Notes under the pieces: model-generated
Databases searched by the model: none
The model's input: only the letters and a program-made list of their open reading frames with translations
What the model was told of the DNA's origin: nothing
Source of the DNA: Candidatus Moraniibacteriota bacterium
GTDB taxonomy: Bacteria > Patescibacteriota > Minisyncoccia > Moranbacterales > GCA-2747515
Direction: 5' to 3'
Length of the DNA: 64,000 bases
Assembly (NCBI GenBank): GCA_027031495.1
Contig: JALVQA010000013.1
Location: 5,714-69,713 of the forward strand
Part shown: positions 48,631 through 59,400 of the stretch, piece after piece
Layout of the letters: each line of letters opens with the position of its first letter
Numbering within the stretch: the first letter of the stretch is position 1
Translations under genes and position numbers: made by a program

Positions 48631-48849
48631 CTACTCTTCATTGATTTGTTTTTTGATTTCTTCAAAAGCATTCTCCACTTCACCAAGGCGCTTCTTGCTC
48701 TGCGCAATCAACTCCGCACCCTTCTTGATCTTCATGAGCCCCTCCTCTACATCCACATCATCGTGCGCCTCAAACCATGCTGCAATTGCATCCAGTTCTT
48801 TAAGTGCTTCTGTCAAATTGATCTTTTTGTTTACTGTTTTATTATTCAT
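48631..48849 (-). CDS. xseB: Exodeoxyribonuclease VII small subunit
   Basis: 72-aa helical protein (LTEALKELDAIAAWFEAHD ... EEGL) directly downstream of xseA. Confidence 0.8.
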   Translation of the reverse strand: MNNKTVNKKINLTEALKELDAIAAWFEAHDDVDVEEGLMKIKKGAELIAQSKKRLGEVENAFEEIKKQINEE

Positions 48850-48852
48850 AGT

Positions 48853-50418
48853 TTACCGCTTGCGACTCACAACTACCACTATTGTACCATCACTCAGTTG
48901 GACATTCAACTCTTCGCCACTATAGACATCTGCAACGTGACGCACAACACCGCGCTGACCGCGCACAATTGCATACCCGCGCGCAAGAAGTCTCTGTGGA
49001 TTATGCATCATAAGCATTTTTTCTATCGTTACTATATGTGCATGCGCACGACGTAGCAGTTGCTTCTGCGCAGTACACAGATACTTCGCTACACGTACAA
49101 TATGCTCTCGCCGTGCACGTATCGCTTGTGCATACACAAAAATACACTGCACAAACCTTTGTTGCACACGTGTATAACGCGCCAGCACATCACTAAAACG
49201 TTGCGTCAATGCTGTCGCGGCATGTGTTATGTGATTGCGCGTATTTGTGAGTACAGTGTCATACGCATTGAACAGATCATATTGTCTTTGCCGTACGTGT
49301 GTGCGTGCCTGTGTCCACGACACACATAGTGCCTTTGCCGCAGCTGTCGGTGTAGAAACACCAACGTCCGCCACAAGCGTTGTCAATGTTTCGTCACGCT
49401 CGTGCCCAATGCCAGCAATCACCGGCACGGGAAAAGTGGCAAGTGCGCGTACGATTTTCTCGTTATTAAACGCTTGCAAACTCTCCAGCGACCCGCCGCC
49501 ACGCGTAACGACAAGTACGTCAATGTCACCACGCTGTGCCAGCGCATGCATCATGCGAATGGCACCTATCAGTTCATGTATTGCATGTTGTCCCTCAACA
49601 GCACTGTGCACAAAACGTATATGCAGGCCGTGTGCGCCGAGATTTGTCATAAAATCACCGATCGCCGCACCATCACGTGACGTAATTAGACCAATGCGTG
49701 TTGCAAAATCTGGTATTGGACGTTTACGTTCAGGTGCAAAAAGTCCCTCTTTGGCGCATTTCTCCTTTAGGGCATCATACGCCTTTTTTAGCGCGCCCTC
49801 ACCGGCAAGTTCTACTGTCTCGCCGATAAAACTAAAGCCGTACTGCGCGTGATGTTGCGGACGTCCCGTCACAATTACTTCCATCCCATCGGCAAGCTCC
49901 ACACCAGAGAGTTCGTAAGCGTTACGAAAGACTGTCACGCGCATCACACCCGTTGCATCTTTGATGTGAAAGTATGCATGCCCCGTATGATTGCGTCTGT
50001 AGTCAACAACTTCGCCACGCACGCGCACGTGTTGAAAATGTGCCGCCATCAACATGTTGAGAGCACCGAGAAAATCACCCACAGAAAATGTTGTTTCTTC
50101 CGGCGACGCAAGAACCTCGCCTGTTTCAGCGTTATGCGCAACCGATTCAAGTGGAACTGTCTGTATATCATCGCACGTGCGCGTCGCACGCATGGGCGAG
50201 GTCATGTTCTCATCATTAAGTAATGCCAAAAGTGCCGCTCCATAGCGACGCACTTTAATCGCACCAATACCCTTTATACCAAGAAGTTCTTGTTCATTGC
50301 GTGGCACAGCATGCGAAAGCTCAACAAGTGTTTTGTATGGCAATACACGAAACGGCTCAACGCCCTCGCGTGCCGCTTGTTGTTGTTGCCATGTCACCAG
50401 TCGCTCTAGAAGTGTCAT
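48853..50418 (-). CDS. xseA: Exodeoxyribonuclease VII large subunit with an N-terminal HhH/HRDC-like extension
   Basis: 521 aa with an OB-fold and XseA catalytic core (RVRGEVVDYRRNHTGHAYFHIKD ... ITSRDGAAIGDF), preceded by about 110 aa containing a GIKGIG-type helix-hairpin-helix. Confidence 0.85.
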   Translation of the reverse strand: MTLLERLVTWQQQQAAREGVEPFRVLPYKTLVELSHAVPRNEQELLGIKGIGAIKVRRYGAALLALLNDENMTSPMRATRTCDDIQTVPLESVAHNAETGEVLASPEETTFSVGDFLGALNMLMAAHFQHVRVRGEVVDYRRNHTGHAYFHIKDATGVMRVTVFRNAYELSGVELADGMEVIVTGRPQHHAQYGFSFIGETVELAGEGALKKAYDALKEKCAKEGLFAPERKRPIPDFATRIGLITSRDGAAIGDFMTNLGAHGLHIRFVHSAVEGQHAIHELIGAIRMMHALAQRGDIDVLVVTRGGGSLESLQAFNNEKIVRALATFPVPVIAGIGHERDETLTTLVADVGVSTPTAAAKALCVSWTQARTHVRQRQYDLFNAYDTVLTNTRNHITHAATALTQRFSDVLARYTRVQQRFVQCIFVYAQAIRARREHIVRVAKYLCTAQKQLLRRAHAHIVTIEKMLMMHNPQRLLARGYAIVRGQRGVVRHVADVYSGEELNVQLSDGTIVVVVSRKR

Positions 50419-50530
50419 ACGTATCTATATTTATGCGTATATCATTATATCATACAAAACTCTTTACAAAATGTACTTTTTATGTTTTTATATAGTAAAG
50501 ACTGTAATATATATTATCATTGCAATTACC

Positions 50531-51769
50531 ATGAAATTTTCACCAGAAGAAGCGCTGTTGTCACCACATAGACAGGAAACGACAGATCCACGTGAGAGAG
50601 AACAGCAGCCAGTCGTAGAAAGAATACGCACAGCTCTTGCAACGATGCGCGAAAACGTTGGGTCATCCTATCACACCGTGTGTGACAGATTGCGTATGTA
50701 CAGACAGCGCATGCTAGATGATAGCAAAAAAGAGGATGTACCAAAAGAAGATCATATTGACGAAGGACGTCGTCGTTTCGTAGGCGCGCTTGGTGCCGCT
50801 GTACTTGTCGGCGCACTTCCAAAGAGTGTGCGCGCATTAGACCGCATTGACAGTAGCAATGAAGGAGAGGTTTGCCCTATTAATTTACTGCGCGGGTACG
50901 TGGAAATATATGTTTGTGATGAAAATGGTAAAAATTGTGAGTTTAAGTACACTGACCCAAAAACCGGTGAAACTTACTCTCGTGATGAAGCACTTCGCCG
51001 TGCCGGCATGTCATCACAAGAACCCACACAGCCAGTAGAGAAAACAGGAGAAAAACAGCAAGATCTTGACAGTGAGACAAGAGCTCGCATGAACACACAG
51101 AGGTACAGAGATGTAAAAGAACGTGAACGATGGCGGAAACCAGTCAGATTGACAGAGCAAGAACGCGCGCTTCTGAGAGAACAATTGGCAAACACTCCCA
51201 TTGATGGATTGAGTGAGAGGGAGCTTGAAAAGCTCTACAGGCGTGCTAACTTAACACAAAAGCGTCTAGAAAAGGATTCTTCCGCTGATTTATTTATCAG
51301 TGTTTTCAGTAAAAAATATGGCATCCCAAAGGATCTCATCCGCGCTGTAATCACGATGGAATCAAATGGTATGCGTACAGCGCTTAATCTTAACAGTGCA
51401 TGCGCCGGATATATGGGTGTCTCACCAATCGCCGCACGTGATGTAGGACGCGGGGTAATGGATCATCTTGTTACAGACAGAGAAACCTTAAAAAAAATTC
51501 ACAGAATTATTGAAACTAACGATAAAAAGGCGATTGCCAGCCTGAGCTACGATGAAAAAACGACACTTAAAACACTTTCTACCATAATGGACACTGCGCT
51601 TAATATCGCTAGCGGTACCGGCTACCTTGCACGCACATTTCATGAGACAGGATCGCTTGTTGATGCGCTTAAAAAGTATAATTATAGCACGGATCCGCGC
51701 GCATACGCTTACCCTGTTATCGCTATTGCTCGCTACTTACGTAAGAAAAGAGAGCGACAGCAAAAATAA
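50531..51769 (+). CDS. Lytic transglycosylase (SLT)-domain protein with an N-terminal charged region and RRRF/hydrophobic segment
   Basis: 412 aa from the internal ATG (MKFSPEE...), with RRRFVGALGAAVLVGALPKSVRA and a C-terminal SLT-like VITMESNGMRTA ... AGYMGVSPIAA region. Confidence 0.65.
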   Translation: MKFSPEEALLSPHRQETTDPREREQQPVVERIRTALATMRENVGSSYHTVCDRLRMYRQRMLDDSKKEDVPKEDHIDEGRRRFVGALGAAVLVGALPKSVRALDRIDSSNEGEVCPINLLRGYVEIYVCDENGKNCEFKYTDPKTGETYSRDEALRRAGMSSQEPTQPVEKTGEKQQDLDSETRARMNTQRYRDVKERERWRKPVRLTEQERALLREQLANTPIDGLSERELEKLYRRANLTQKRLEKDSSADLFISVFSKKYGIPKDLIRAVITMESNGMRTALNLNSACAGYMGVSPIAARDVGRGVMDHLVTDRETLKKIHRIIETNDKKAIASLSYDEKTTLKTLSTIMDTALNIASGTGYLARTFHETGSLVDALKKYNYSTDPRAYAYPVIAIARYLRKKRERQQK

Positions 51770-51775
51770 ACATCA

Positions 51776-52303
51776 TCAGCGTTCTTTTTGGCACGTGCCC
51801 CACAAACCACGTTGTGCGGCGCGTGCATTTTTTTGTGCACTTTCTAAGATACGTGCATATTTTATATCCGGCCTGTATCGCCGCGCCTTAGCAAAACCCT
51901 CTTCTACAAGAGCTTTATTAACAAAAACATTATCCACATAAACATACCGCAAAAGCCGTCCATATTTATCAACATCCGACACATCTCGCTCCAGCGTCAC
52001 ATCTCTACCGCCGACAAGTGCACGATTGCGCGCTGTTGCCTCCTGCGCGTAGCATTCTTTCGTGTGTGTATAGCCAGTGCCAGTCTCCGGTGCATCAATA
52101 CCAATGTAGCGCACACGCCGCCCATCGCGCAAAACGACTGTATCACCATCAATAACGTATGCAACGTGCGCGCGCTCGCGTTGCTGCTGTGCATTTTTTG
52201 CAGTAGGAGAATTATTGAAGAATGATGTGTGTGTGGTGACAAAAACACTCCCTAACACACATACAACACTGACAATAATGATCTTTATGCGCCTAAGGTT
52301 CAT
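51776..52303 (-). CDS. nuc: Secreted/membrane-anchored thermonuclease (staphylococcal nuclease homologue)
   Basis: 175 aa with an N-terminal TM/signal segment and the SNase motif GDTVVLRDGRRVRYIGIDAPE. Confidence 0.8.
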   Translation of the reverse strand: MNLRRIKIIIVSVVCVLGSVFVTTHTSFFNNSPTAKNAQQQRERAHVAYVIDGDTVVLRDGRRVRYIGIDAPETGTGYTHTKECYAQEATARNRALVGGRDVTLERDVSDVDKYGRLLRYVYVDNVFVNKALVEEGFAKARRYRPDIKYARILESAQKNARAAQRGLWGTCQKER

Positions 52304-52318
52304 CTCGTGTATTTCTAT

Positions 52319-53629
52319 TTACACGCTTATTACATCACCGATGTACGGCGTATATATATCACTTGAGACATGCGTACGTGCGTACTGCGCAACGGCATCA
52401 AGCGCGCTATGATCGCCGTGTTGCAAGATCAATTTTTTGTGCGGAATTTTCTCAATTGTTTCATGAATTGCGCTCATGCCGTAGTGTGCGCTAAAATCAA
52501 ACTTTTGCACATCGCATGAAACGGAAAATGCCTTGCCGTGACGATAGAAGAGGCGATCTTCCCACAGTGAACGTCCGCGCGTCCCTTCCACCTGGTATCC
52601 TGTAAGAATAATCGTGCTATCCTGTCGCGTATACATTCTTTCCGTATAAAAGACCGATGGACCACCTTGTAGCATGCCGGATGTTGAAACAATCACAGCA
52701 CCGCGTCCGTCAGCGATTGCCTCGCGTGTTTGGCGTGTCGCAATATTTACACGGTGCATTACTCCTTTGAGTGCGTCACGCGCACGTACGTATGGATCGT
52801 CATCATGTATAATCACCTGTGCAATTTTGCGCGCCATTCCATCAAGATAAATCGGTATATGCTGTGGTAGTTGTGCAAGAATAAGTAAAATCTCCTGCGC
52901 CCGTCCCACGCCAAACGCCGGTATGAGCACATTGCCACCACGTGCATGCGCCGTGCGCACAGCTGTCAAGAATCTCTTTTCTGTTTCTGCACGTGGCGGG
53001 TGTTCACGATTGCCATAAGTTGTCTCTACAATGAGCACATCCAGTGGCGCACCCCATGTGTGCGTCATAGCAATCATCTGTTGCATAATTGTTGATGCAC
53101 TCATCAAGCGCGTCGGCTCAGAGCTCATATCCGCTGTATACAATATGCGCTTTCCTTCAAGTTCAAGCAAGATAGATGCACTGCCCGGGATATGCCCAGC
53201 ATTGAGATAGCGAAAACGCACGTTGCCATCCGGTGTTGTATATTCGTGATCATACTCCACGTTTTTTACGTCGCGTGTTGCACGCCGAATATCACGTTTC
53301 TTGTAGGCAGGATGCATTTTTGACAGCTGTGCGATGTGATACGCATCTTCCAGCAAAAGATTTGCAATCTTCCACGTCATTGGCGTTGTGTAGATGGGAC
53401 AGTCAAGTTTTTTGTGCTCAAAAAACGGTAACGCCCCAGCATGATCCATATGCGCATGTGACAAAAAAACCGCATCCACCTTACTGATACGATCTAAAAA
53501 TTCCGGATAAATAACGCCACCCTGAATAAATTTTACACCGGCATCAAGAAGGTACTGCGCACCGGCACTTTCTATTTCAATGCAACTTTTGCCAACCTCA
53601 TGTGCCGCGCCGTGAAAAATGATATTCAT
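52319..53629 (-). CDS. Metallo-beta-lactamase-fold beta-CASP ribonuclease (RNase J / CPSF-like)
   Basis: 436 aa with HAHMDH motif II and downstream beta-CASP motifs. Confidence 0.8.
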   Translation of the reverse strand: MNIIFHGAAHEVGKSCIEIESAGAQYLLDAGVKFIQGGVIYPEFLDRISKVDAVFLSHAHMDHAGALPFFEHKKLDCPIYTTPMTWKIANLLLEDAYHIAQLSKMHPAYKKRDIRRATRDVKNVEYDHEYTTPDGNVRFRYLNAGHIPGSASILLELEGKRILYTADMSSEPTRLMSASTIMQQMIAMTHTWGAPLDVLIVETTYGNREHPPRAETEKRFLTAVRTAHARGGNVLIPAFGVGRAQEILLILAQLPQHIPIYLDGMARKIAQVIIHDDDPYVRARDALKGVMHRVNIATRQTREAIADGRGAVIVSTSGMLQGGPSVFYTERMYTRQDSTIILTGYQVEGTRGRSLWEDRLFYRHGKAFSVSCDVQKFDFSAHYGMSAIHETIEKIPHKKLILQHGDHSALDAVAQYARTHVSSDIYTPYIGDVISV

Positions 53630-54122
53630 ATTTTTTGATTTTTACATACGGATCATTTTTTCATTGTACCATGTCTATAAAAAACGAGGGCACGTGTTTA
53701 TACGTGCCCTCTGAATTTGTTCTATCTACCAGACATACACAACACATACACCCAGTGTAGTGAAGCACGCTCTCAGCGTCGTACAACGATTAATCGTATA
53801 TACTCCACTGGTAGTCAATATGTGCACACCTGGGTATAGTATTTTTGGCGTTAGTGGCGTCTGCGCTAGTCCAAAAAATTTCACACACCCTATACCGGGC
53901 ATTACAGTAAAGCCGTTTTTGTAACGGCACAATTTTCTGCACGCACACTGCCCCTCTCGCAATTGCGTGAGAAAAAAGAGATTATCTACTTGTACTGACT
54001 CCTCCTGATACAGCGGCAGTATGTTTGTTCCCATCGGCACACCTCCTTGCAAAACAAAAGAACCAGTCGCAGTGTAAAACAAAAAAGCACAAAGATCAAG
54101 TGTAAAAAATAGTACAGCAATG

Positions 54123-55370
54123 TTACTTGGCGTCCACACTGTCAGGTACGCGGTTTTTCTCGCGCGTAGCAATCCAATCCTGCGTCTTGGCAATACCGCG
54201 ATGTGCGCGATTTGTAAGGTCATTGATGATATGGAAGCGACGCTTCTTCTCTTTCCATGGAATTGTATCTTCCATGTCACGCGTCGCCGCCGTACCCGGG
54301 CGCGGCGAATAGCACGCAATAAATGCTTTTACGAAACCAACACGTTTCACCATCGCTACCGTTTCTTGAAAATCCTCTTCCGTTTCATCGGGAAAACCAA
54401 CGATAATGTCCGTAATGAACTGCACACCCGGCACACGCTCCTTTATCTTGTCAGTCAGTGCAATGTAATCATCGCGCGTATACCAGCGGTTCATTTTTTT
54501 GAGGATTTTTGTACTTCCGGCCTGTACCGGTAGATGCAAGAGCCGATCAATATTTTTATGCTGTGCGATTACATCAATCAATTCGTCAGAAAAATCCCAC
54601 GGGTTGGAACTTGTAAATGTCACTTTCTTTATGCCGGGTATTTGTGCAACGTCCGCCAAGAGATACGGAAAAAGCGTTGGAATGCGTGTGCGCCCAAGGT
54701 GTGAAACCCATACCGGCAAAACCGCTGTCCCATTCGGCAAAACATATTGAGCACCCTCCTCCTCCGTCATATTTTTCTTTGTTGCGAGAACAAGATCACT
54801 GCCATAAGAGTTAACATTTTGCCCCAAGAGCGTCACACTCGTGTACCCGTCTTTAACCAATTGCTTCACTTCAGCAATAATTTCATCATATGGACGTGAT
54901 ACTTCACGTCCGCGTGCGAACGGCACAATGCAAAATGTACAGTAATTATTGCAACCGCTTGAAATCACTACCCACGCATGGCGCGTATTATTTTCCTGTC
55001 GCTCCGGTATGTATTCAAAACCAACATCCTCAATCGGTAGAAGCTCTACATCAGGGATGCGTCGCGACAGTTTTCGTGCCAGCTTCCCACTCGGCTCACG
55101 CGCTGCGGCACCAACGATGCATCCCGTAAGCACAAAGTGTGGTTGTGGCCGTCCCTGTTTCGTACGTGTTTTTTTGATGTTGTGAATATAGCCATACACA
55201 CGTTCCTCAGCCATTTCACGCACCATACATGAATTTATTACCACAATGTCTGCAGTATCCACATCATCAGTCGGCATAAAGCCACGCGCGCGGTAATATG
55301 TTACCACGCGCTCAGAATCGGCTACATTTTGTTGACACCCAAATGTGCGTATAAAAAATGTTTTCCTCAT
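54123..55370 (-). CDS. miaB: tRNA methylthiotransferase (MiaB-like radical SAM MTTase)
   Basis: 415 aa from MRKTFFIRTFGCQQN, with an N-terminal MTTase domain, a radical-SAM CNNYCTFC and a C-terminal TRAM-like region. The 12 upstream codons in the ORF track lack a plausible ribosome-binding site. Confidence 0.9.
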   Translation of the reverse strand: MRKTFFIRTFGCQQNVADSERVVTYYRARGFMPTDDVDTADIVVINSCMVREMAEERVYGYIHNIKKTRTKQGRPQPHFVLTGCIVGAAAREPSGKLARKLSRRIPDVELLPIEDVGFEYIPERQENNTRHAWVVISSGCNNYCTFCIVPFARGREVSRPYDEIIAEVKQLVKDGYTSVTLLGQNVNSYGSDLVLATKKNMTEEEGAQYVLPNGTAVLPVWVSHLGRTRIPTLFPYLLADVAQIPGIKKVTFTSSNPWDFSDELIDVIAQHKNIDRLLHLPVQAGSTKILKKMNRWYTRDDYIALTDKIKERVPGVQFITDIIVGFPDETEEDFQETVAMVKRVGFVKAFIACYSPRPGTAATRDMEDTIPWKEKKRRFHIINDLTNRAHRGIAKTQDWIATREKNRVPDSVDAK

Positions 55371-55420
55371 ACCATCCATACTACGCACAAAAAGACAATT
55401 GCACAATATGCATACCTCTC

Positions 55421-56362
55421 TTATGCTTTCTCAGCACCACGCTCTTGCGCACTTACACCGTACAAGACAATGCCACCGCCAGTTATAATGAGACTTCCTA
55501 TAACGAACCACCAATATACACGACAGTTATCAAAGAAATACCATGCCACGAGAGCACCCACAAGTGCTAAAACACTTATCACAAGAGCATTGCGTCGTTG
55601 CATGCGCTTGAGTATGACGGCAGCATTTATACCAAAGAGTGCGCCGAGGAAGAGAACCCATAGCCACCATGGGAGGAGATTGCTACATGACTGTGCGCCA
55701 CGCACTTCCCCGCTCGTACTGTCACTACTCGTCGCCTCGCTACCGGCAACAGTACCATTTGTATCTATCGTCTCTTCGCCGTCACTTTCCGTCTCAGCAC
55801 CAAGCACTTCACCTGCCGGTGCCGGATTACCACCAGCAATCTGACCGGCGCGCAGTGGTAGTGGCGCAGTTGTTGTCGTCGGCTTACCCTTAAAACCAAA
55901 CCTTATATCAAAGGATGTCTTTTGTCGCTGAAACTCATTACCGGCGTCTTCATTAAACTTTATCTTCAAAGTATAGCGATTTTTTTCGCCGGTCTCCAAT
56001 CGCTCCACAAAAACACTGCCTTCCTTATAAAGCTCATCAAGCGTGAATCTGTCGCCACTGCCACCGATATAATATTTTCCGGAGCTCTTATCAATAAGGT
56101 ATACCTTGAGCTGACTTGCAAACTTCTTATTCTTTAGGTCTTCAATTTTGAAATAGAGATCTTGTGGTTCACCAACGTTTTTGACAGTAATATCATGAAC
56201 TATACTGTCACCGGGCTTCATATTCTTCTCATTAACTATCGCATTTTTGTCACCATGCCAATCAACGTCAATGATAACCTCGGCAGACACGGTGGACGCC
56301 ATACCCAACACCATCGCTATAGCCGCAAAAAACGTTACTACTTTTTTGATACCCTGTTGCAT
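55421..56362 (-). CDS. TasA/camelysin-like secreted domain protein with three C-terminal TM helices, hypothetical
   Basis: 313 aa with a signal peptide, a MKPGDSIVHDITVKNVGE motif shared with the two neighbouring paralogues, a G/S/A-rich linker and a polytopic C-terminus. Confidence 0.5.
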   Translation of the reverse strand: MQQGIKKVVTFFAAIAMVLGMASTVSAEVIIDVDWHGDKNAIVNEKNMKPGDSIVHDITVKNVGEPQDLYFKIEDLKNKKFASQLKVYLIDKSSGKYYIGGSGDRFTLDELYKEGSVFVERLETGEKNRYTLKIKFNEDAGNEFQRQKTSFDIRFGFKGKPTTTTAPLPLRAGQIAGGNPAPAGEVLGAETESDGEETIDTNGTVAGSEATSSDSTSGEVRGAQSCSNLLPWWLWVLFLGALFGINAAVILKRMQRRNALVISVLALVGALVAWYFFDNCRVYWWFVIGSLIITGGGIVLYGVSAQERGAEKA

Positions 56363-56411
56363 AAACTACAGTACTATTTTCTTAAATTAGGACGCTTATC
56401 TTTTTTATATA

Positions 56412-59400
56412 CTATACACTCTCTGATCCCGGCGCTACGACGCCGTCAACCAATTTTGGTGCTTGTTGATCGTCACCATCATTTCCATCACGATCCACAT
56501 CACCGTCATCCTTGCTCTCATCAAGACCTTTCTCTTCCTTTTTTTCTGGTGATTTTACCTTTTGACCGGCCTTGTCCTTATTTGACTTATTCTCCTTTCT
56601 TTCATTATCACCGTCTTTTTCTTCTTCTTTCTTTTCTTTTTTCCGAGCCTCTTTCTTATCGCTCTTCTCAGCACCCTTGTCTACCTCCTTCTCGCCATCT
56701 TTCTCTTTCATACTTTCTTGCATTTCTCGTTCATCGTCTTGTGCTTTCTTGTTATCAGCGTCAGTGCCATTCCCGCCATCTTTATCTTTTTTCTCACTGT
56801 TAGCGCTATCACCATATTTACCACCCTCCTTGTCCGCGTCTTCGTCGTCACTCTTCTCATCACCCTTTGTAGCGCCTGTTGCCACACCGCCTTCATCGTG
56901 TGCACCTGCGACGTCAGTACCCTCTTTTTTGTCACCACTTTCTTTATCGCCACCGTTTTTATCATCACTCTTGTCTGTCACATCACCTTTTGTTTCGGTA
57001 TCAGCTACGCCGGCGCTATCTGTCGCATCATGCGTATCACCTGCAACACCGTCATGCTTTTCTTGACCATCTTTTTTCTTATCGTCACTACCAGAAGCAG
57101 ACGCATCTTGCGCACCATCTTCATGCATGTCGCCACCAGCTGCTTCTTTTTCTCCCACTTCATGATCTGCTTGACGCGTCTTCAAGACACGCTGTGTATC
57201 ACCTTCTTCTTGACGCTCATCAAACAAGTCATACTTCTTCATGAAATCTTTGCTACACAGCGGTGCACCACTCTCGTCAAAGCAATGCTCTTTATAGTAC
57301 GCTCGCATCTCATCTTTGTCGTTGCTGATATTATTCTTTTTGCCCGGTGTTGGAATCGGATCTACCCATGCACCATCATGATCCCAGTCGCGTGCAATAG
57401 ACTTTCCTTCCTCTACAGCATCAGCATCGTACTCGTATTCATCAACCAGATTACCCTCATTATCAAAGAGTTTTACAGCATCACCGTTGTTGTTAAGGTA
57501 GAAGCTTCTGTAGTTTTGTATAACAAGACGCTCACCCGGTTCAATAGTTGTTGAACCAGTGTTTGTGTGTTTAACATCAATCACTCTCTGCTGACCATTA
57601 CTATCAGCAATATACCATCCGTCAACGTCAACATTATCATTGCTAATATTGCGAAGCTCTACCCACTCCTTGCCTACTGCCGGCTGTGGCATAAATTCGT
57701 TAAGTACAACCTGTGTATTCTCAATCTCTGTTGGAAAACCGGCATCTACAAGGTCTCGCGTTTCATACTGGCGCGCGTTGCTGACAACATCGCCGAGCCA
57801 CACATCCACAACCGTCCACGTTCCCGGGTAAGACCCCTTTCTTAAGGTAATGCTACCGGTACACTCAACTTCACCACTTGTGCCGGTTGGCGTGCAGTCT
57901 GCTCCATTGATATGCAGAAAACCATCCTCCTCGCCATTTGCTGCTTCTATTTCAACATTCATGCCATCAAGACCAGACATGTCGTCACGTACACGTGCTG
58001 TGAAGGTAATTTCTTTTGCGCCGTCAACCGTATTAACTACTTTTGGCGTAAAGTCAAATGCTTCAAGCACCGGCGCCTCAGTATCAGACACCATCGCTTT
58101 ATTAGTAATTTTCAGATAATCACTATACACCGCCACATTCCCGGCATAATCAGGGAGATAGAACATTAACATCCACTCACCTGATCGCGCACCTCGTGGG
58201 AATGTCACCGTTATGCTGTACGTACCATCCTGATCTGTCCCGCTTGTACGATCATCATCTGTAATTGGATAACGAAGACCGGTGCCACCTCCCACAGGAT
58301 AGAACATAAGATACGGTCGGTATGTGGCATAGCCATCACCGGCAGCAAGGCCTGTTATATTGTCCGTCACACGAAATTGTACAGTTACATCTTGCACATG
58401 ATCTTCTGTATTAATCACCATCGGTGTGACTGTTGTTGCGTCCTCAAGTACCGGGTGCTGTGTATCTGCAGGCGATTCTGCATGATTAGTAACAATTAGA
58501 TCACCAAAGTCGCCCAGGTCACCTACCTCATATCTCCTTGTATTACCCATGTTGTCGGTAAGCGCAATATACGTAAACGTCCATTCGCCTTGTGCTGCCC
58601 ATTGTGGTATATCAACGGTGATTTCATACTTACCATCCTGTTGTGTACCGGAAGTACGATGTTCATCTCTGATAAATTTCTCAACCGCGTTTATTCTGCC
58701 ATCTTGATATGTGCCCGCATTACCAATAATAAACTTTGTTCCAGAGTACGTGCTTGTATCAAGACCTGTTCCTCTATCTGTTATATGCATTCTTACAGTA
58801 ACTGTCTGTGGCCCATAATCAGTATTCACATCATGTGGTGCGATAGAAATACTCTCAAGAATCGGCGCTTCGGTATCCACTGAAGCGGACACGCCATTGT
58901 AAATTGTCACCGGAAGCTCCTGTCGCAAGAGATCATCCGTCAGCCACTGCGCATAATTGCCATTATCATCCACCAAGAAGAAACGACGCAATACCCACTC
59001 ACCTTGCTCAGCATCGCGTGGGAAAGTAACACTCGCCTTATACACACCGTCGCCCTCGGCAGTCGCATCTTGCAAGAGCGCAGTCACAGACTTGTTACCG
59101 GACGGTGATACAAAGAGAATGTATGACGGTACAGAACTTGTGCGAGACGGCCCGCCAATATGACTATCACTTGCGGTCTTAAAGTATACATCAACTGTCT
59201 GCTCACTGTCTGTCGTATCTATTTCGTTTGGATCAAAGCGCAAGATTGCCAAGGCCGGTGCAATGCGCCTGTATGTTATACCTTTTACAATCGGGCTGTG
59301 CTCGCTATTGCCAACGTTATCCGTCGCACTTGCTTTGATGCAGTACGTACCATCTGTCGACGGCGTCCACGAATAACTCCACGTAAAAGATGTGTTGTTA

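Noticed and set aside
53726-54319. 197-aa minus-strand ORF overlapping the miaB 3' end
   Set aside because: About 200 nt of out-of-frame overlap with a well-supported miaB; only a trimmed 102-aa version is even conceivable (kept as a low-interest finding).
56572-57554. 164-aa and 278-aa plus-strand ORFs inside the giant gene's tail
   Set aside because: Antisense to purine-skewed low-complexity coding DNA; S/F/L-rich junk translations.
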